Source: Candidatus Omnitrophota bacterium (GTDB lineage: Bacteria > Omnitrophota > Gorgyraeia > S143-82). From it: a DNA stretch of 64,000 bases. Below are positions 11,096-20,087 of the stretch, piece by piece (positions within the stretch are counted from its first letter, which is position 1; every line of letters starts with the position of its first letter). Both the position numbers and the translations under genes were made by a program. The stretch covers positions 116,477 to 180,476 of the forward strand of contig WGBD01000001.1 of NCBI GenBank assembly GCA_015494465.1. Direction: 5' to 3'. The notes beneath the pieces were generated by a model, which was given only the letters and a program-made list of their open reading frames with translations, did not search any database and was not told the origin of the DNA.

Positions 11096-11616
11096 AGCCG
11101 TATCTCGCGCAGGAGCATAATGTTGCCCGGATAAGGGGCTATCATACTGGGATGCGTGTTCACCTCGTCGCTCCCCTCAGGGGAGGCAAGGTAATCCACC
11201 AGATAGTCGGCAAACCTCTGGACGTGCCACTCCTGCTCGGTCTCAAAGAGGTGCTCCACAAACGGGCATTCTTTATCCACACCCAGATATAGCACGCCAT
11301 CCCTGCGCACCAAGAGGAACGGATAGAGCCTGCAATCGAACGGTCTCAGCGGATATACCTCACAACAGTTCTTCTCGGGGTCGAAGAAAGGACATATGTA
11401 GTAGTCCCTGTATTGTTTCACCTTTACCCTGACATCAACGCTGGGATCCTCGTTGAAGGCCTTATTAAATACCGCTAATGGATATCCTCGGGCGATGAGT
11501 TCCTCCGCCTCCTTCGCGCTGAATACAGGTATCCAGGGACTGACCTGATTCGAGAACCTGCAGCACCTCTGACAGCGCAGACACCACTCCGAGGGAACGA
11601 ACTCGCGCAATCCCAT
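11092..11616 (-). CDS. YkgJ/UPF0153 family cysteine-cluster (zinc/iron-chelating) protein
   Basis: N-terminal CLRCQRCCRF (CxxCxxCC) plus downstream conserved Cys residues. Confidence 0.55.
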   Translation of the reverse strand: MGLREFVPSEWCLRCQRCCRFSNQVSPWIPVFSAKEAEELIARGYPLAVFNKAFNEDPSVDVRVKVKQYRDYYICPFFDPEKNCCEVYPLRPFDCRLYPFLLVRRDGVLYLGVDKECPFVEHLFETEQEWHVQRFADYLVDYLASPEGSDEVNTHPSMIAPYPGNIMLLREIRL

Positions 11617-11631
11617 CTCCCATCCCCTTTT

Positions 11632-11967
11632 TTAATACCTCACGCACACAGCCACCGCGTACTCGTCGGTGTGGGATATAGAGACATCGTACTGCCCAAG
11701 TGGAGAATCCACCACCGGCCTGCCCGAATCCATCCGGGAAACCACTATCTTCCGATAAGGCAGGGGGATATCCAGCGTCTTTATCAGGGCCTCCTTGGCA
11801 GCGAACCTGCCCGCGAGGAACTGATATCGCCTCTTCCCCAAAAGGGCCTCGCTAAGCCTCAATTCCTCCTCGGAAAAGACCCTGCGCAGGAACCTCTCCC
11901 TCCAGCGCCTAACCACCCGTTCCACCTTGGACACCGAGACTATGTCCACACCGACCCTCAACTGCAT
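11632..11967 (-). CDS. acpS: holo-[acyl-carrier-protein] synthase
   Basis: MQLRVGVDIVSVSKVE...FAAKEALIKTL...ISHTDEYAVAV, typical AcpS, 111 aa. Confidence 0.8.
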   Translation of the reverse strand: MQLRVGVDIVSVSKVERVVRRWRERFLRRVFSEEELRLSEALLGKRRYQFLAGRFAAKEALIKTLDIPLPYRKIVVSRMDSGRPVVDSPLGQYDVSISHTDEYAVAVCVRY

Positions 11968-13640
11968 CGACTTGGCCTCCAGTCCAGCATCTCCAACCGG
12001 GCCTCCTGCCAGCCATTATAACAATTCACCCTCGGACTTGCCACCAAATCTATCTTCTCCGCCCGCTCGATCCCCTCTACACGATCTGCCATACTAAATC
12101 CAACTACCGGAATACTCGTCTGCCCATCGGAGACCCAGAACTTCACCGTATCCCGGGACAGCCTGCGCACATCCGAGCGTATACGCAGCCCCGGAAAGAG
12201 AAACCGGGGAGGAGGATTGCCTTCTCCAAATGGAGCCAGCGATTCCATTGCAGATATGAGGGAGAAACTCAACATATCCAGACGCAATCGCCCGTCCAGA
12301 TCCATTACCGGGCGGGCATCCTTCAGTTCCTCCTTGGCCAGGGCATCGAGACAGTCGTGGAGGTCGTCGAGGAACCTCTTCTCCACCTCAAATCCCGCCG
12401 CCAATCCGTGCCCCCCAAACTCCAGAAGATACCTCTCACAGCGGGAGAGGGCATTGGTGATGTGGAAGTCTCCAAGTGAACGCGCAGATCCTCGGCCAGA
12501 GTCTCCATCCAAGGCAACTACCAGCGCCGGCATACCAAAATTGTCCACCAGTTTGGAAGCGACTATCCCCACCACCCCCGGATGCCATCCTTCTTCGGCA
12601 ACCAACAGGATGGACCTGCCCTGCGAGACCTGTTCCCGGGCTATCTCCATTGCCCGCCTCAATATATCCTCCTGCACCCGCTGTCTCTTGTCGTTGTATC
12701 CACACAACTCCTCTGCCATCCTCTTCGCGGATTCCTCTTTATCGGCTATCAGGAGGTCAAAGGACCTCCTCGCAGAATACATCCTCCCTGCGGAGTTTAT
12801 CCTCGGCCCCAAGACGAACCCTATTGACCGCACGGTGGGTCTTGAGAGCCGGGAGGCCTCCAACAGGGCCTTTAACCCCATCCGAGGCGAGGACGATATT
12901 GCAGGCAGCCCGTGGGCAACGATGATGCGGTTCTCGTCCAGAAGGGGAACCACATCTGCCACCGTGCCAAGTGTGGCTAGATCCAGAAATCTTACCCTAT
13001 CACCCAGGAGGTATTCGGCGATCTTATAAGCCACCCCTACGCCGGACAGGTCCTTATTGGGATAGGAACAGCCCTTCTGCTTGGGATTCACGATAGCGTC
13101 CGCAGGGGGCAGTTCCTCACCGGGAAGGTGGTGATCGGTTATCACCACATCTATCCCCTTGGACTTTAGATAAGCAACCCCCTTCACCGCCCTTATCCCG
13201 CAGTCAACGGTTATCACCAAAGAAGGATCCGGGCAGGCTTCCAAGGCGGAGGCAATCCCCTTCTCGCTCAGGCCGTATCCGTGGGCGTTCCTGTCGGGGA
13301 TAAACACGACCGCATCTCCGCCCAACTCCCGCACTAGTTCGTACATAATCACCGAGGCAGTGATACCGTCCACATCGTAATCACCGTAGATGAGGACCTT
13401 CGCCCCCAGCTGGCAGTGGCGTCTTATCAGTGCGGACGCAACCTCAACCCCCAGCATCAACTCCGGAGGATAGAGATAGTCCAGCGACGGGTTCAGAAAG
13501 CGCATAGCCTCGGTAGGGCCGGTTATCCCCCTCCTCACCAGGACATGGGCTATCAGGGGATGGAGCCCCAGGGCGGACTCTATCTCCTTGCGCTTGGCAG
13601 AATCCACCCTAGCCAGCCTCCAGCGATAGCGCATCACCAC
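11958..13640 (-). CDS. recJ: single-stranded-DNA-specific exonuclease RecJ
   Basis: DHH family motifs (IYGDYDVDGITAS, VVITDHH, GGHGLAAG) plus the DHHA1 region, 560 aa. Confidence 0.85.
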   Translation of the reverse strand: MVMRYRWRLARVDSAKRKEIESALGLHPLIAHVLVRRGITGPTEAMRFLNPSLDYLYPPELMLGVEVASALIRRHCQLGAKVLIYGDYDVDGITASVIMYELVRELGGDAVVFIPDRNAHGYGLSEKGIASALEACPDPSLVITVDCGIRAVKGVAYLKSKGIDVVITDHHLPGEELPPADAIVNPKQKGCSYPNKDLSGVGVAYKIAEYLLGDRVRFLDLATLGTVADVVPLLDENRIIVAHGLPAISSSPRMGLKALLEASRLSRPTVRSIGFVLGPRINSAGRMYSARRSFDLLIADKEESAKRMAEELCGYNDKRQRVQEDILRRAMEIAREQVSQGRSILLVAEEGWHPGVVGIVASKLVDNFGMPALVVALDGDSGRGSARSLGDFHITNALSRCERYLLEFGGHGLAAGFEVEKRFLDDLHDCLDALAKEELKDARPVMDLDGRLRLDMLSFSLISAMESLAPFGEGNPPPRFLFPGLRIRSDVRRLSRDTVKFWVSDGQTSIPVVGFSMADRVEGIERAEKIDLVASPRVNCYNGWQEARLEMLDWRPSRCS

Positions 13641-14524
13641 TTCCCCGTTCTTACATACTCGCCGGCGTGATACCCCGCAACACAGCCTTGACCAACCGCC
13701 TTGGCCAGTTGGAACGGCGCCCCGGTCACATCTCCGGCAGCGAATATGCCCTTTACACTGGTGCGCTGGTTGGTATCCACCACGATAAACTTCATACTCA
13801 CCGGATCCAACTGGATGCCCAGTTGCATCGCCAACTCGTAGGCCCCTCTTGAGCCCAACTCTATAAAGACCCCATCCACCGGGATCTCACCTTCGGAGAG
13901 AACCAGAGATTCCACCTTCTCCGTCCCCTTTATCTCCTTTACCTCGGCGGGCAGGACCTCAACACCCTTGTCCTTAAGCTCGTCCAATCTCTCCCCCGAG
14001 GCCTCCAGAGAGGGCCACATCAGATAGACCTTCCGGGCAAACCGGGTAAGGAGTTCGCTTGCCCGAAGGGCAGCACTACCTCCCCCTATTACTGCAACCA
14101 CCTTTCCCCGGAAGAACATACAATCGCAATCCGCACAATAACTAACACCCCTGCCCAGAAACTCCTTCTCACCGGGCACATTCAGCCTCTCGTGCCTCAT
14201 CCCCGGGGCCATAACCAACGCCCGACACAGGACTTGCTCCTTTTCCCCTAATATCAGAAAACCGCCATCCTTGATCTCCACATCCACCACATCCTCTTCC
14301 AGAAACTCCACCCCCAACTCCTTCGCCTTCTCCCTGCTATTGATCAACAACTCCTGTCCCGATATCGGATAGGAGAGGGAGAGGTAATTGTCTATGTGGG
14401 CGTTCCAGAGATTGCTGGCCTCCAACCTGCCGAAGACCAGGACCTTTGACCTGCGACTGGCATGGATACTTGCCTGCAGGCCGGCAGGCCCCGATCCCAT
14501 TATCACTACCTCTGTCTCCTTCAC
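13634..14524 (-). CDS. thioredoxin-reductase-like NAD(P)/FAD-dependent oxidoreductase
   Basis: VVIMGSGPAGLQASIHA (FAD GxGxxG), VAVIGGGSAAL (NADPH site) and CADCD at the redox-active position. Confidence 0.65.
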   Translation of the reverse strand: MKETEVVIMGSGPAGLQASIHASRRSKVLVFGRLEASNLWNAHIDNYLSLSYPISGQELLINSREKAKELGVEFLEEDVVDVEIKDGGFLILGEKEQVLCRALVMAPGMRHERLNVPGEKEFLGRGVSYCADCDCMFFRGKVVAVIGGGSAALRASELLTRFARKVYLMWPSLEASGERLDELKDKGVEVLPAEVKEIKGTEKVESLVLSEGEIPVDGVFIELGSRGAYELAMQLGIQLDPVSMKFIVVDTNQRTSVKGIFAAGDVTGAPFQLAKAVGQGCVAGYHAGEYVRTGKW

Positions 14525-15210
14525 GAGTTCACCTCCTGAGGATACTCTATCTTCCTTATCACCAGTGTATAAGGCAATATCGGGATCGCCCCTGCCACCC
14601 TCACCGGCAGGCGCTTATCCCGGGATACCCACAACCTTATCTTCGCCGGCCGGGTAAAGACCTCCCAGGTGTCGAACACCCCTACGTGAGTGCTCATCTT
14701 CCCACCATCGCGCACCATCACCTCGTAACTGCCGGTTGGCAGGTTGACCTCCTTGATGGCATCCACCCCCCGGAAAAACGACTTCAGTATGACCAAGAAT
14801 ACGTTGTCCAGCGGTCCTTTTCCCTTCAGTACCTGCTCTCCGTCTCCTTCCTTTATCACCCGCACCTGCCCCTTCTCGGGATAGTAGATCTCCTCTATCC
14901 GTTCGTCCCTGCCCATGTACCTGACCTGTCGCCTTACCCTGATGGGGACGAGGGTCTGGGGATCCGCGAAGATATCCTCGGTATCCCTTAACTGGGGCGT
15001 TATCACCCTCACCCTTATGTGCCACAGGGGCCTATCCTCACCCTCCAGTGTGGTCATACCGAGGTCCTCTATCCAGGCCTTACCAATGCGAAACATACCC
15101 AACTTCACATCGTAAACCAACCTGGGCAGGGCCCCAATCCTATCCGCAAAGGATACCGTCCCCCACATCAGCGCAAGGATCCACCCAAGGGCAAGAAGCC
15201 TAAGGCCCAT
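14521..15210 (-). CDS. hypothetical secreted protein (DUF3108-like?)
   Basis: N-terminal signal peptide MGLRLLALGWILALMWGTVSFA; no catalytic motifs. Confidence 0.4.
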   Translation of the reverse strand: MGLRLLALGWILALMWGTVSFADRIGALPRLVYDVKLGMFRIGKAWIEDLGMTTLEGEDRPLWHIRVRVITPQLRDTEDIFADPQTLVPIRVRRQVRYMGRDERIEEIYYPEKGQVRVIKEGDGEQVLKGKGPLDNVFLVILKSFFRGVDAIKEVNLPTGSYEVMVRDGGKMSTHVGVFDTWEVFTRPAKIRLWVSRDKRLPVRVAGAIPILPYTLVIRKIEYPQEVNS

Positions 15211-17276
15211 CGCACCCCCTTTATCGCCAAAAAGACCCCCACTGATACCGCCAATCCCCAGAGAAAAGACCTCACCGCGGTCTTCCTATCCAAGGCCTTC
15301 GCCACTGCCCTATAGGCAGAAAAACAACCCGGCAGTAGGAACAATAGCACCATCAGGTCAGGAGAGGATATCCCATAGGCAGGGAACCTCATCCCCCGGA
15401 AGACCACCTCCACCGCCAAGACCAATTCCCTTGCCCACAAGCCAAACACCAGGGCCAGGAGATCAAGACCCGCAAGATCCCCCACCTTTACACTGTCCAA
15501 CCACCCGCCTATGGGGGTGTAGGTCTTCACCGCCCACAGGACCAGAGAGACTCCCAGAAACACACCTGCCACCTTCCGGGCGTACCCGAAGGCGTGATAG
15601 CAACCCTGCTCCAGAGCGGAGATCAGAGGGACCCACCTCAAGGCAGGCAGGGCAGTTATAGAAGGCGCTTCCAACGAGCGGGCACCGATTATCCCCTTAA
15701 AGAGCCGGGCAAACAGGGCAGTGTAGATCAACGAGGCCAAGATTAGAGAAAAGAGCCAACCAGTGGCCTCCCAGAAGGGAAGACTAACGAACAACACGAA
15801 GGCAAACACCACCCACACCCCAAGGCAGTTCCCCATGGGCAGGGCCATCGTCAGGGCGGTCCGGTCCCTTCCCTGAAGGAGCCTGCCCGCCAGCTCCACT
15901 GCGGGTATAGAACAGCCCAGATTGTGGAGCAACGGGACCAGAGAGACCCCGTGGAACCCAAAGAGGTGCAGGACGGGGTCCAAGGCAAAGGCTATCTTGT
16001 ACATCAAGTGGCTCTCGTGTAACAAGGTCTGGAAGAAAAAGAAGACAAACGAACTCAAGACAAACATCAGCAGTATCCCCAAAAAGAAGACCCCCCCTTG
16101 CACATACAAAGGTACTCCCCGGAGGCCCCCTATCAAGTGCAGGAGCCACATACCGGCCTTTACCGCCCCGCCCACGGAAAGGGCAAGACCGTAAAGCCAA
16201 CCTAAAAGTACGAGCCCCCAAAATAACCTGCCGACTACCTCCCGGGCAAAGGCCCTATCCTGCTTGCTCTCCTCCAGGACCCCCCTCACCAGGGCCAACC
16301 TCCTATCAAATACGCACTCCTCAAGCGACCTGCCGGTGAGGTGCCGACACCGCTCTTCACAGAAACGCCGTCCCTCTATCAACCTCTCCCGCACCTGAGG
16401 GTTCTTGAAGAATACCAAGGCATCCTGTTCCGATTCAAAGACCTTCACTACAACCCCGTCGAGAGGATAGACTATGCTGCACTCGCCTTCGGGTATCTCG
16501 CCTTTCACCCTCAACAGGCACTCCTCCAACGGAAACTCCAGAGGAAGCGAAAAGCGCACCTCCCCCGGGCCCTTTTCCAGAGACGCCAAGACCGCATCCA
16601 TTCCATAACCCCTCGCGGAAGAGACATAAACCACCTCAACCCCCGTCAACTCCCGGATCCTGCGGGCATCGTACCTGCTCAAGGACCCGTTTACCGCTAA
16701 GACGACACGCTTGCCGAGATCAACCAGATAGTGCACCAGAAGGAGATCCCTTTCAAGTGTCTCCTCTCTACCCAAAACGACTATCCAGTCGTAACTGCCC
16801 TCCAAGGCCAGCCTTAATCCCACCTCTTCGTACACCGACCAGGGAGGATCGGACATAACCGAAGGCAGGACGGAAAAGCGGATCCTCTTGTGCCTCCATA
16901 TGGTCTGCCCCACGAGGATAGGGGCCAAGGTCCCCTTGCGGACTTCCTCCTCGATCCCCCCACACACCTTAGAGATAAGGGCCCGTTTGCCTGCCCCGGC
17001 GAGGCCCAACACCGCTATCTCCAAGTAGACCTCCACATCCTCTTCAACGAATATGCGATCCAAGAGACCCCGTCCGACGATAACCTTACTACCGTTGACT
17101 ATTACCGAAAAGGGCCCGTTGGCAGAGAACCTATTCGTTATCACCACTCTGCTCCCCGGCAGGATCCCCAAACCGATAAGCCTGCACTGGGCCTCTCTAC
17201 CGCAGTCGAACTCCACCACCTTGAGTGGAACACCCACCGGTGCCTGTTTGAGTGGCAAACGGGATCCCATGGTCAT
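15168..17276 (-). CDS. FeoA-FeoB-like fusion protein with a degenerate G-domain (ferrous-iron-transporter-like membrane protein)
   Basis: N-terminal FeoA/SH3-like block (LKVVEFDCGREAQCRLIGLGILPGSRVVITNRF...GSKVIVGRGLLDRIFV). Next is a P-loop-like GLAGAGKRALIS that lacks the Ser/Thr and clear G3/G4 motifs. The C-terminal polytopic domain is homologous to the FeoB Gate region (LGCSIPAVELAGRLL...MALPMGNC); compare the true FeoB at 31460..33454 (GCNVPAIMATRTL...IPFMSCSARL). The start was moved to Met30 of the track ORF (17276). Confidence 0.55.
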   Translation of the reverse strand: MTMGSRLPLKQAPVGVPLKVVEFDCGREAQCRLIGLGILPGSRVVITNRFSANGPFSVIVNGSKVIVGRGLLDRIFVEEDVEVYLEIAVLGLAGAGKRALISKVCGGIEEEVRKGTLAPILVGQTIWRHKRIRFSVLPSVMSDPPWSVYEEVGLRLALEGSYDWIVVLGREETLERDLLLVHYLVDLGKRVVLAVNGSLSRYDARRIRELTGVEVVYVSSARGYGMDAVLASLEKGPGEVRFSLPLEFPLEECLLRVKGEIPEGECSIVYPLDGVVVKVFESEQDALVFFKNPQVRERLIEGRRFCEERCRHLTGRSLEECVFDRRLALVRGVLEESKQDRAFAREVVGRLFWGLVLLGWLYGLALSVGGAVKAGMWLLHLIGGLRGVPLYVQGGVFFLGILLMFVLSSFVFFFFQTLLHESHLMYKIAFALDPVLHLFGFHGVSLVPLLHNLGCSIPAVELAGRLLQGRDRTALTMALPMGNCLGVWVVFAFVLFVSLPFWEATGWLFSLILASLIYTALFARLFKGIIGARSLEAPSITALPALRWVPLISALEQGCYHAFGYARKVAGVFLGVSLVLWAVKTYTPIGGWLDSVKVGDLAGLDLLALVFGLWARELVLAVEVVFRGMRFPAYGISSPDLMVLLFLLPGCFSAYRAVAKALDRKTAVRSFLWGLAVSVGVFLAIKGVRWALGFLPLGGSLR

Positions 17277-17284
17277 AACGATGC

Positions 17285-17457
17285 CTAACCCGCCCTGAAG
17301 AACCTGTCCTTGCTCCCAAAAGGAGAGACCTTTACCTCCACCTTCTTCCCGCACTTGGGACAAAACCCAACGAATGCATCCTTCTTCCGGTTCAGATATA
17401 TCCTCTGATAGACCCTACAGCAGTCAAAGATTATACCCAAAAAGGGGGACCTCTTCA
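17285..17457 (-). CDS. small zinc-ribbon protein (57 aa), hypothetical
   Basis: Hand translation gives MKRSPFLGIIFDCCRVYQRIYLNRKKDAFVGFCPKCGKKVEVKVSPFGSKDRFFRAG, with CC...CPKCG Cys pairs. It fills the panB/FeoAB-like gap and abuts the FeoAB-like start. Confidence 0.3.
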
Positions 17458-17464
17458 TAGGATT

Positions 17465-18259
17465 CTATTTATAGACGTTCTCCTCGCCCGGGAAGATGCC
17501 GGAACGGACCTCCTCCACGAACCTCTTTACCGCAGAGGAGACGACCTCGTAACCGTTGGCATACCTGCGCACGAACTTGGGGAGGATCCGGTCGTACAAA
17601 CCCACGATATCCGAGAATACCAAAACCTGACCGTCGCAGAACCTCCCCGCACCTATCCCTATAACCGGGACATCAACCGCATCGGCTATGTCCGCACCCA
17701 ACGGCTCAGGCACGCACTCCAGCACTATCGCAAACACCCCCGCCTCCTCCAAGGCCTTGGCCTGACCGATAAGGGCCTTTGCCTCCTCTATCCCCCTGCC
17801 CTTTACTCTATATCCCTCGGAGAAGACACTGCTCTGGGGGGTAAGACCGATGTGGCCCATCACCTGAATACCTGCATCTACCATCCTGTCTATTGCCGAA
17901 AGCACTGCATCCGAGGCCCCCTCTACCTTCACCGCGCTTGCCCCTGCAAACTTGACGAATGCCCCTGCATTGCGCACCGCAGACTCAACCGACTCCTGAT
18001 AACTCATAAACGGCATGTCCGCCACCACGAACCCCTCGGGCGCCCCCCGTCTGACCGCCTTGACGAACACCATCATCTCCTCAACCGTCACCGGAAGGGT
18101 GGAATCGTAGCCCAACAGCGTCATGGCCAGAGAATCTCCTACCAATATGATGTCTACCCCCGCCTCCGCACAGACCTTCGCAGAGACATAATCGTAGGCA
18201 CTCACCATCACTATCGGGGACTTACCCTTGCGCGCTTTAATCTCTTTCACCGTCAACAT
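17465..18259 (-). CDS. panB: 3-methyl-2-oxobutanoate hydroxymethyltransferase
   Basis: From internal Met MLTVKEIKARKGKSPIVMVSAYDY...ILVGDSLAMTLLGYDST...VVADMPFMSY, canonical PanB. Confidence 0.85.
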   Translation of the reverse strand: MLTVKEIKARKGKSPIVMVSAYDYVSAKVCAEAGVDIILVGDSLAMTLLGYDSTLPVTVEEMMVFVKAVRRGAPEGFVVADMPFMSYQESVESAVRNAGAFVKFAGASAVKVEGASDAVLSAIDRMVDAGIQVMGHIGLTPQSSVFSEGYRVKGRGIEEAKALIGQAKALEEAGVFAIVLECVPEPLGADIADAVDVPVIGIGAGRFCDGQVLVFSDIVGLYDRILPKFVRRYANGYEVVSSAVKRFVEEVRSGIFPGEENVYK

Positions 18260-18897
18260 AGCCACCGCAAAATCACCTCCGCCACAGGGAATATCACCAT
18301 TCCCACCACACCTGTCATCAACAACACCAAGGCCAATATAAATCCGACCCCTTCCCACTTTCTGTACTCCACATAAAGCGACGGCGGAAGCAGGGCACTC
18401 AATATGTGCCCACCGTCGAAGCCCGGTATGGGCAGGAGATTGAACAGGGCGAGAACCACATTCACCCCGCCGAGGGAAAGGAACAGGACCGACGCCGAGG
18501 GATTAAAACTAAACCTGGCCATCTTGCAGAATACAAAGGCAAGGAGGAGATTTGCCGAGGGACCGGCAAGGGAACACAGGGCTACGCCGAGCCTCAGATT
18601 CCTAACCCGGGTAAAGTTGAGCGGATTTATGGGCACCGGTTTGGCATAGCCTATAAGGTAAGGCGAACGAAGAAGGAACAACACCGCAGGCAGGATAACA
18701 CTGCCCACCGGATCCAGATGGGCCAACGGATTGAGGGTCAACCTACCCCGCCGATACGCGGTGTCATCGCCCAAGAGGTAGGCGACATAACCGTGGGCCA
18801 ACTCGTGGACTACCACTGAATACAGGAACAAAACCCCAAATATTACATACAATAATAACCCCATACCAACTCCTGCGCCTATCCATCCCAAACCCAC
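18253..18897 (-). CDS. site-2 protease (M50) family membrane metalloprotease
   Basis: HELAHG (HExxH) in a TM helix, and the LDG motif FDGGHIL. Confidence 0.75.
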   Translation of the reverse strand: MGLGWIGAGVGMGLLLYVIFGVLFLYSVVVHELAHGYVAYLLGDDTAYRRGRLTLNPLAHLDPVGSVILPAVLFLLRSPYLIGYAKPVPINPLNFTRVRNLRLGVALCSLAGPSANLLLAFVFCKMARFSFNPSASVLFLSLGGVNVVLALFNLLPIPGFDGGHILSALLPPSLYVEYRKWEGVGFILALVLLMTGVVGMVIFPVAEVILRWLC

Positions 18898-18916
18898 TTC
18901 ATTTTATCACAAGTTA

Positions 18917-18925
18917 TGCTATAAT
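18917..18925 (+). promoter_or_regulatory. extended -10 element TGcTATAAT only 8 nt upstream of the ATG at 18933, suggesting a leaderless or near-leaderless transcript
   Basis: Sequence tgctataat at 18917-18925; there is no Shine-Dalgarno between it and the ATG. Confidence 0.35.
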
Positions 18926-18932
18926 TTAGCCT

Positions 18933-20087
18933 ATGAATGAACATCCCACCGAGGCCTCCAGACTCAAGCGCGAATTGGAACGCCTGCAGAGGCAACTCAC
19001 CATATTCTACGAGATATCCAACGCGATGCTCACCACCCTCAACCTCGACGAGATACTCTACATCATACTCACCGGGATAACATCCCACGCAGGGATAGGA
19101 CTGAACCGGGCAATGCTCTTTCTGGTCAACCGGGCAAAAAATACCTTAGAAGGGGTGATGGGCATAGGCCCGGGCTCGGGAGAGGAGGCCCGACGAATAT
19201 GGCAGTTTATAGAGACCTCCCGGATGGACCTAAACGACCTCATTGCCCAGTACAAGCACTCCCGGAGGGTAGCGGACTCAAAACTTAACCAACTGGTAAA
19301 AAACTTTGAGATCTCCATCTCCCCGGAGAACGGAATCCTCGCCAAGGCAGTGCTGGACGGGACCCTAAAGCACATCCGTCCACCCGAATCCGAACACTAC
19401 CGCAACGATCCGCTGATAAAGGAGTTGGGCAGTGAGGAGTTCGTGGTGGTGCCCCTAAAGGCCCACGATCGAATCGTCGGGGTAATACTCGCCGACAACA
19501 TCTTCAGCGGACACCCCATAACTGACGAGGACATAAAGATGCTAACGATGTTCGCCAATCAGGCAGGACTGGCCATAGAAAACTCCCTCTTATACCAGCA
19601 GGCTTTACTGCGCGCCCACACCGACTCCCTCACCCAACTCTGGAACCACGGCTACTTCCAGCACAAACTGGATGAACTCCTCAAAGAGCATCAGGAAAAG
19701 CAACATCCCTTATCCCTACTTCTGATAGACATCGACGACTTCAAACGCTACAACGACGAACACGGCCACCAGAAGGGCGACGAGATACTCAAGAACATCG
19801 CCAAGATACTAAAGGACCACTGCCGGAATATCGACCTGCCCTGCCGATACGGAGGAGAGGAGTTCGCCCTCATCCTACCCGACACCGGCAAGTCCGAGGC
19901 CCTAAACATTGCGGAAAGATTGCGCAAGACCGTAGAAGAGGCAGGCCTGCCTACGCTGAGCATCGGCGTAGCCACCTTCCCCGATGACGCCACCACCAAA
20001 GAGGAACTGATAGAACTGGCAGACGCTGCCCTGTATCGGGCAAAGCGCTTGGGAAAGAATCAGGTACAGAACCCTGATTCTCAATAG
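18933..20087 (+). CDS. GAF-domain diguanylate cyclase (GGDEF)
   Basis: N-terminal GAF-like region; C-terminal LTQLWNHGYF...RYGGEEFALILP (GGEEF active site), 384 aa. Confidence 0.8.
   Translation: MNEHPTEASRLKRELERLQRQLTIFYEISNAMLTTLNLDEILYIILTGITSHAGIGLNRAMLFLVNRAKNTLEGVMGIGPGSGEEARRIWQFIETSRMDLNDLIAQYKHSRRVADSKLNQLVKNFEISISPENGILAKAVLDGTLKHIRPPESEHYRNDPLIKELGSEEFVVVPLKAHDRIVGVILADNIFSGHPITDEDIKMLTMFANQAGLAIENSLLYQQALLRAHTDSLTQLWNHGYFQHKLDELLKEHQEKQHPLSLLLIDIDDFKRYNDEHGHQKGDEILKNIAKILKDHCRNIDLPCRYGGEEFALILPDTGKSEALNIAERLRKTVEEAGLPTLSIGVATFPDDATTKEELIELADAALYRAKRLGKNQVQNPDSQ

Noticed and set aside
12217-13029. 270-aa Ser/Arg/Pro-rich plus-strand ORF inside recJ
   Set aside because: Antisense to RecJ, whose DHH motifs are unambiguous; low-complexity translation.
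15922-16194. Lys-rich 90-aa plus ORF and purine-rich tract (aagaaaaagaagacaaacgaactcaagacaaac)
   Set aside because: Lies antisense within the FeoB-like membrane domain; the purine run simply encodes the Phe-rich TM segment VFFFFQ on the minus strand and is not a repeat element.
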